Origin: Octopus sinensis | Taxonomy: Eukaryota | Length of the DNA stretch: 64,000 nt | Direction of reading: 5' to 3' | NCBI RefSeq assembly: GCF_006345805.1 | Contig: NC_043022.1 | Span: forward strand, 4,402,001-4,466,000 | Shown here: positions 61,088 to 64,000 of the stretch, piece after piece | Layout: each line of letters opens with the position of its first letter | How positions within the stretch are numbered: position 1 is the stretch's first letter | Made by a program: the position numbers and the translations under genes | The notes under the pieces: generated by a model | What the model saw: the letters and a program-made list of their open reading frames with translations, nothing else | Databases searched by the model: none | Told to the model about the DNA's origin: nothing

Positions 61088-61617
61088 TATATAAACGGCA
61101 GTTTGTCTGTGTGTGTTTCTGTGTGTCTGTTTGCTTGTACCCTCACCCTGACCACGGCTTTCAACCGATTCTGATGAAACTTGACACACACATAGCCCAA
61201 TGTCATAATTCAAAACTAACGCAGCGAAAATTTTGAAAAGTTCCCCCAGTTCTGAAAATCTCTCTATATATAAACGGCAGTTTGTCTGTGTGTCTGTTTG
61301 GTTGTACCCTCACCCTGACCACGGCTTTCAACTGATTCTGATGAAACTTGACACACACATAGCCCAATGTCATAATTCAAAACTAACGCAGCGAAAATTT
61401 TGAAAAGTTCCCCCAGTTCTGAAAAAAATCGATAAATTCGACATGGGGTCGAGAATCAGAAACACAAACCACATATTGTCTAAGGGACGCAACTCGACCT
61501 TTTTAACTAAAAAAAAATTTACCATAATTTTTTTTCCATTTTTTGGCTATAACTCTCTAAAAATGCTTTATAGTTATTTCCCTTACAAACCCGAGCAACG
61601 CCGGGCGATACTGCTAG
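61088..61617 (+). mobile_element. Non-autonomous Helitron with a tandemly duplicated 5' segment
   Basis: 5' TCTCTATATATAAACGG at ~61259, partial copy at 61088-61258; hairpin CCCGAGCAACGCCGGG; CTAG|T at 61614-61618. Confidence 0.88.
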
Positions 61618-61748
61618 TAATATATATATATATGTAGGTATGTATGTAACAGTGCTAAGTAGTGATGTGTATATATATACAAATTTGTTACCAGTTCAAA
61701 TATACTCGAGGCATATTTTCTCTCAGAGAAAACTCCCCCACTGTAGAC

Positions 61749-61908
61749 CAGAGGTCTGGGAACTTTCTTAACCAATTACCCCAAATCATAGATAACAGCG
61801 AACACATTTTTTATATTATTTTACTTATGTCTCATTAGTCCCCTTACTGCCAAGAATCTTTACTTTTACTCCACTTTGGGGTAATTTACCCTGGATCGCC
61901 AACCCCTG
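61749..61908. mobile_element. hAT (Charlie-like) MITE with 8-bp TSD
   Basis: TSD CTGTAGAC at 61741-61748 and 61909-61916; imperfect TIRs CAGAGGTCTGGGAAC / CAGGGGTTGGCGATC. Confidence 0.85.
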
Positions 61909-62109
61909 CTGTAGACGTATATATGTAAACCCACCAAGTCGGCTCACAACACTCCTTCAACTAGCTTGGTTGATGCATGCATTTCAGAGGTGAGTATCTG
62001 CTCTTCAGCAAACAGAGAATGGAAAGGCGGATGCAGAGAACTGAGATGAGAGACAGGTCCCTCTTATGACGCTCCTGTCATTGTTCAATGACTGGTAGTG
62101 CTATTAAGT

Positions 62110-62288
62110 GGCTAGACGTATATAAAATGTGCATGTATATATATATATATATGTGTATATATATATATGTGCATATATATATATATATATATATGTATGT
62201 GTATATGTATATATATATTATATATTATATATATACATATGTGAGCGTATATATATATATATATAATATATATATGTATGTGTATATG

Positions 62289-62319
<31 letters not shown>

Positions 62320-62442
62320 CATATGTGAGCGTATATATATATTATATATATATTATATATATATATATGTATCTATATATATATATTATATACGTATGTG
62401 AGCGTATATATATATATGTATGTATCTATCTATCTATATATG

Positions 62443-62474
<32 letters not shown>

Positions 62475-62533
62475 ATATATATACGTATGTATGTATCTAT
62501 ATGTGAGTGTATATATATGTATGTATCTATATA

Positions 62534-62609
<76 letters not shown>

Positions 62610-62735
62610 GTGTATATATATATGTATGTGTATATGTATATATATATATATATATATGTATGCATCTATGTATGTGTGTGTGTGTGTGTATATATATATA
62701 TGCATGTGTGTGTACATATACACACACACACATAT
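62110..62735. repeat. (TA)n/(TATG)n/(TG)n compound microsatellite
   Basis: Seen in sequence. Confidence 0.95.
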
Positions 62736-63754
62736 ATATGCCAAGTTTGTCTTTGATAACAGAGAAACCAGGCAAGACTAAACTTGTGAAGATTTCCAAT
62801 TACCTCATTCTTGCCAAATGGACTGATAACACAAAAAGGGTAAAACAAACAAAACAAAACAAAACCAACGTGGAAACATTATTACATCATGAGACGAGAT
62901 TGTGGGAGCAAGGTGCTTTCCTGCAGGAATCCTTACTGTGTCTTTGGTGAGTCAAGATAGCAACGGGGGGTGGGGGTGGGGGTGAATGAATCAATTCTTT
63001 ATTTTATTTACAATAAATCAGGAAAATTAAACGGAAATATTGCATCAGATGATCTCACCTCTTGTTACCCAAAATGTGGAAATGCATCGTAAATCCATGT
63101 TTTTAACAGGAAAGCTACAAAAAGGGAAAAAACCGAAAATTGTTTCCATAAATTTTCTTTTTCCGAAAAACTCATCTATTTATCATTGTGTCGGAAAATT
63201 TCCCATCTTTCCATTCCACAGTTCTGTTCGCTTATCGTGTTCTGAAGCCATTGAACTGAAATATTGAATCCTTCCCTCCCTGACAGATCAACTGATAAAC
63301 AGATTCTCATATAAATAATACTTACTTACATAAGATCCACCAACTCTACACAAGCATCACTGTCACCACCACCACCACCCACAGCGCCAATGCAGACTCC
63401 ATTGCTGTTCCAGTTAGTGAGCAAGCCTCTATAGACAAGCATTCGACAAGCTGGAAATAACAGCAACATCTCTTTCAAATTACATACAACCATCTTAAAT
63501 AAAACTGCATTAGGCATGTTCTTAATAAACAAAATGACAGGATGGACATGGCTGGAACGTCTTTGACCACAGCTGTACAACATCAAGGCTGGTCGAGTAT
63601 GTTTTATATCTTTCATGCCAATTTAAAAAAATCCCTTGGATAGAATGAAAACGGATCTGCTGTGATGCAGACAGAGTTACCATTTCACCAGAGTGGTTCC
63701 TGGTTTTCATCCGTCTAAATTAGATGCTTTAATCTTATAAATACACATACTCTT

Positions 63755-63990
63755 TTACTTCTTTCAGTCATTTGACTGTGGCCATGCTGGAGCATCGCCT
63801 TTTAGTCGAGCAAATCGCCCCCAGGACTTATTCTTTGTAAGCCTAGTACTTATTCTATCAGTCTCTTTTGCCGAACCGCTAAGTGACGGGGACATAAACA
63901 TACCAGCATCGGTTGTCAAGCAATGCTAGGGGGACAAACACAGACACACAAACATACACGCACACACACACATGTATATGTATATATATA
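63755..63990 (-). mobile_element. SINE family A, 3' half (runs off the window end)
   Basis: Reverse complement of the tail and internal microsatellite. Confidence 0.88.
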
Positions 63991-64000
63991 TATATATATT

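Noticed and set aside
61955-61996. Plus-strand exon ending at the CAGAG/GTGAGT donor
   Set aside because: The donor is good but there is no convincing acceptor or open frame, and the upstream sequence is a hAT MITE.
61965-62015. Hammerhead-like CTGAAGA...GAAA-TGCATGCA-TC on the minus strand
   Set aside because: Stem II pairs at only one G-U position and stem I is mismatched next to the core; probably chance.

Overview
A 64-kb eukaryotic, AT-rich window made almost entirely of repeats. It is most likely intronic or intergenic DNA from an octopus or related coleoid cephalopod; this is an inference from the SINE types and the extreme (TA)n/(TG)n/(GAT)n density. I cannot support any complete protein-coding gene. 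Nearly all ORFs in the supplied track are microsatellite or SINE read-throughs. Supported content: (1) several tRNA-headed SINE families (>40 full or partial copies), often nested, head-to-tail or with swapped tails; (2) a tRNA-less element ending in (GAT)n, with a variable number of ~62-bp hairpin monomers; (3) 3' fragments of CR1 and RTE LINEs; (4) non-autonomous DNA elements: TTAA/piggyBac-type MITEs, mariner/Tc1 MITEs, a hAT MITE with an 8-bp TSD, two Helitrons and a Helentron-type element; (5) two long fold-back palindromes, local tandem duplications (179 bp x3, ~370 bp x2.8) and large compound microsatellites. The most notable observation is a type I hammerhead-ribozyme fold with a complete catalytic core at 33912-34027 (+), inside a short element embedded in (TA)n. 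A second, degenerate minimal hammerhead-like motif lies at 21900-21937 (-). With the inverted TA-embedded fragments, these suggest Penelope-like or retrozyme activity. All folds and alignments were done by eye, and no database searches were run.
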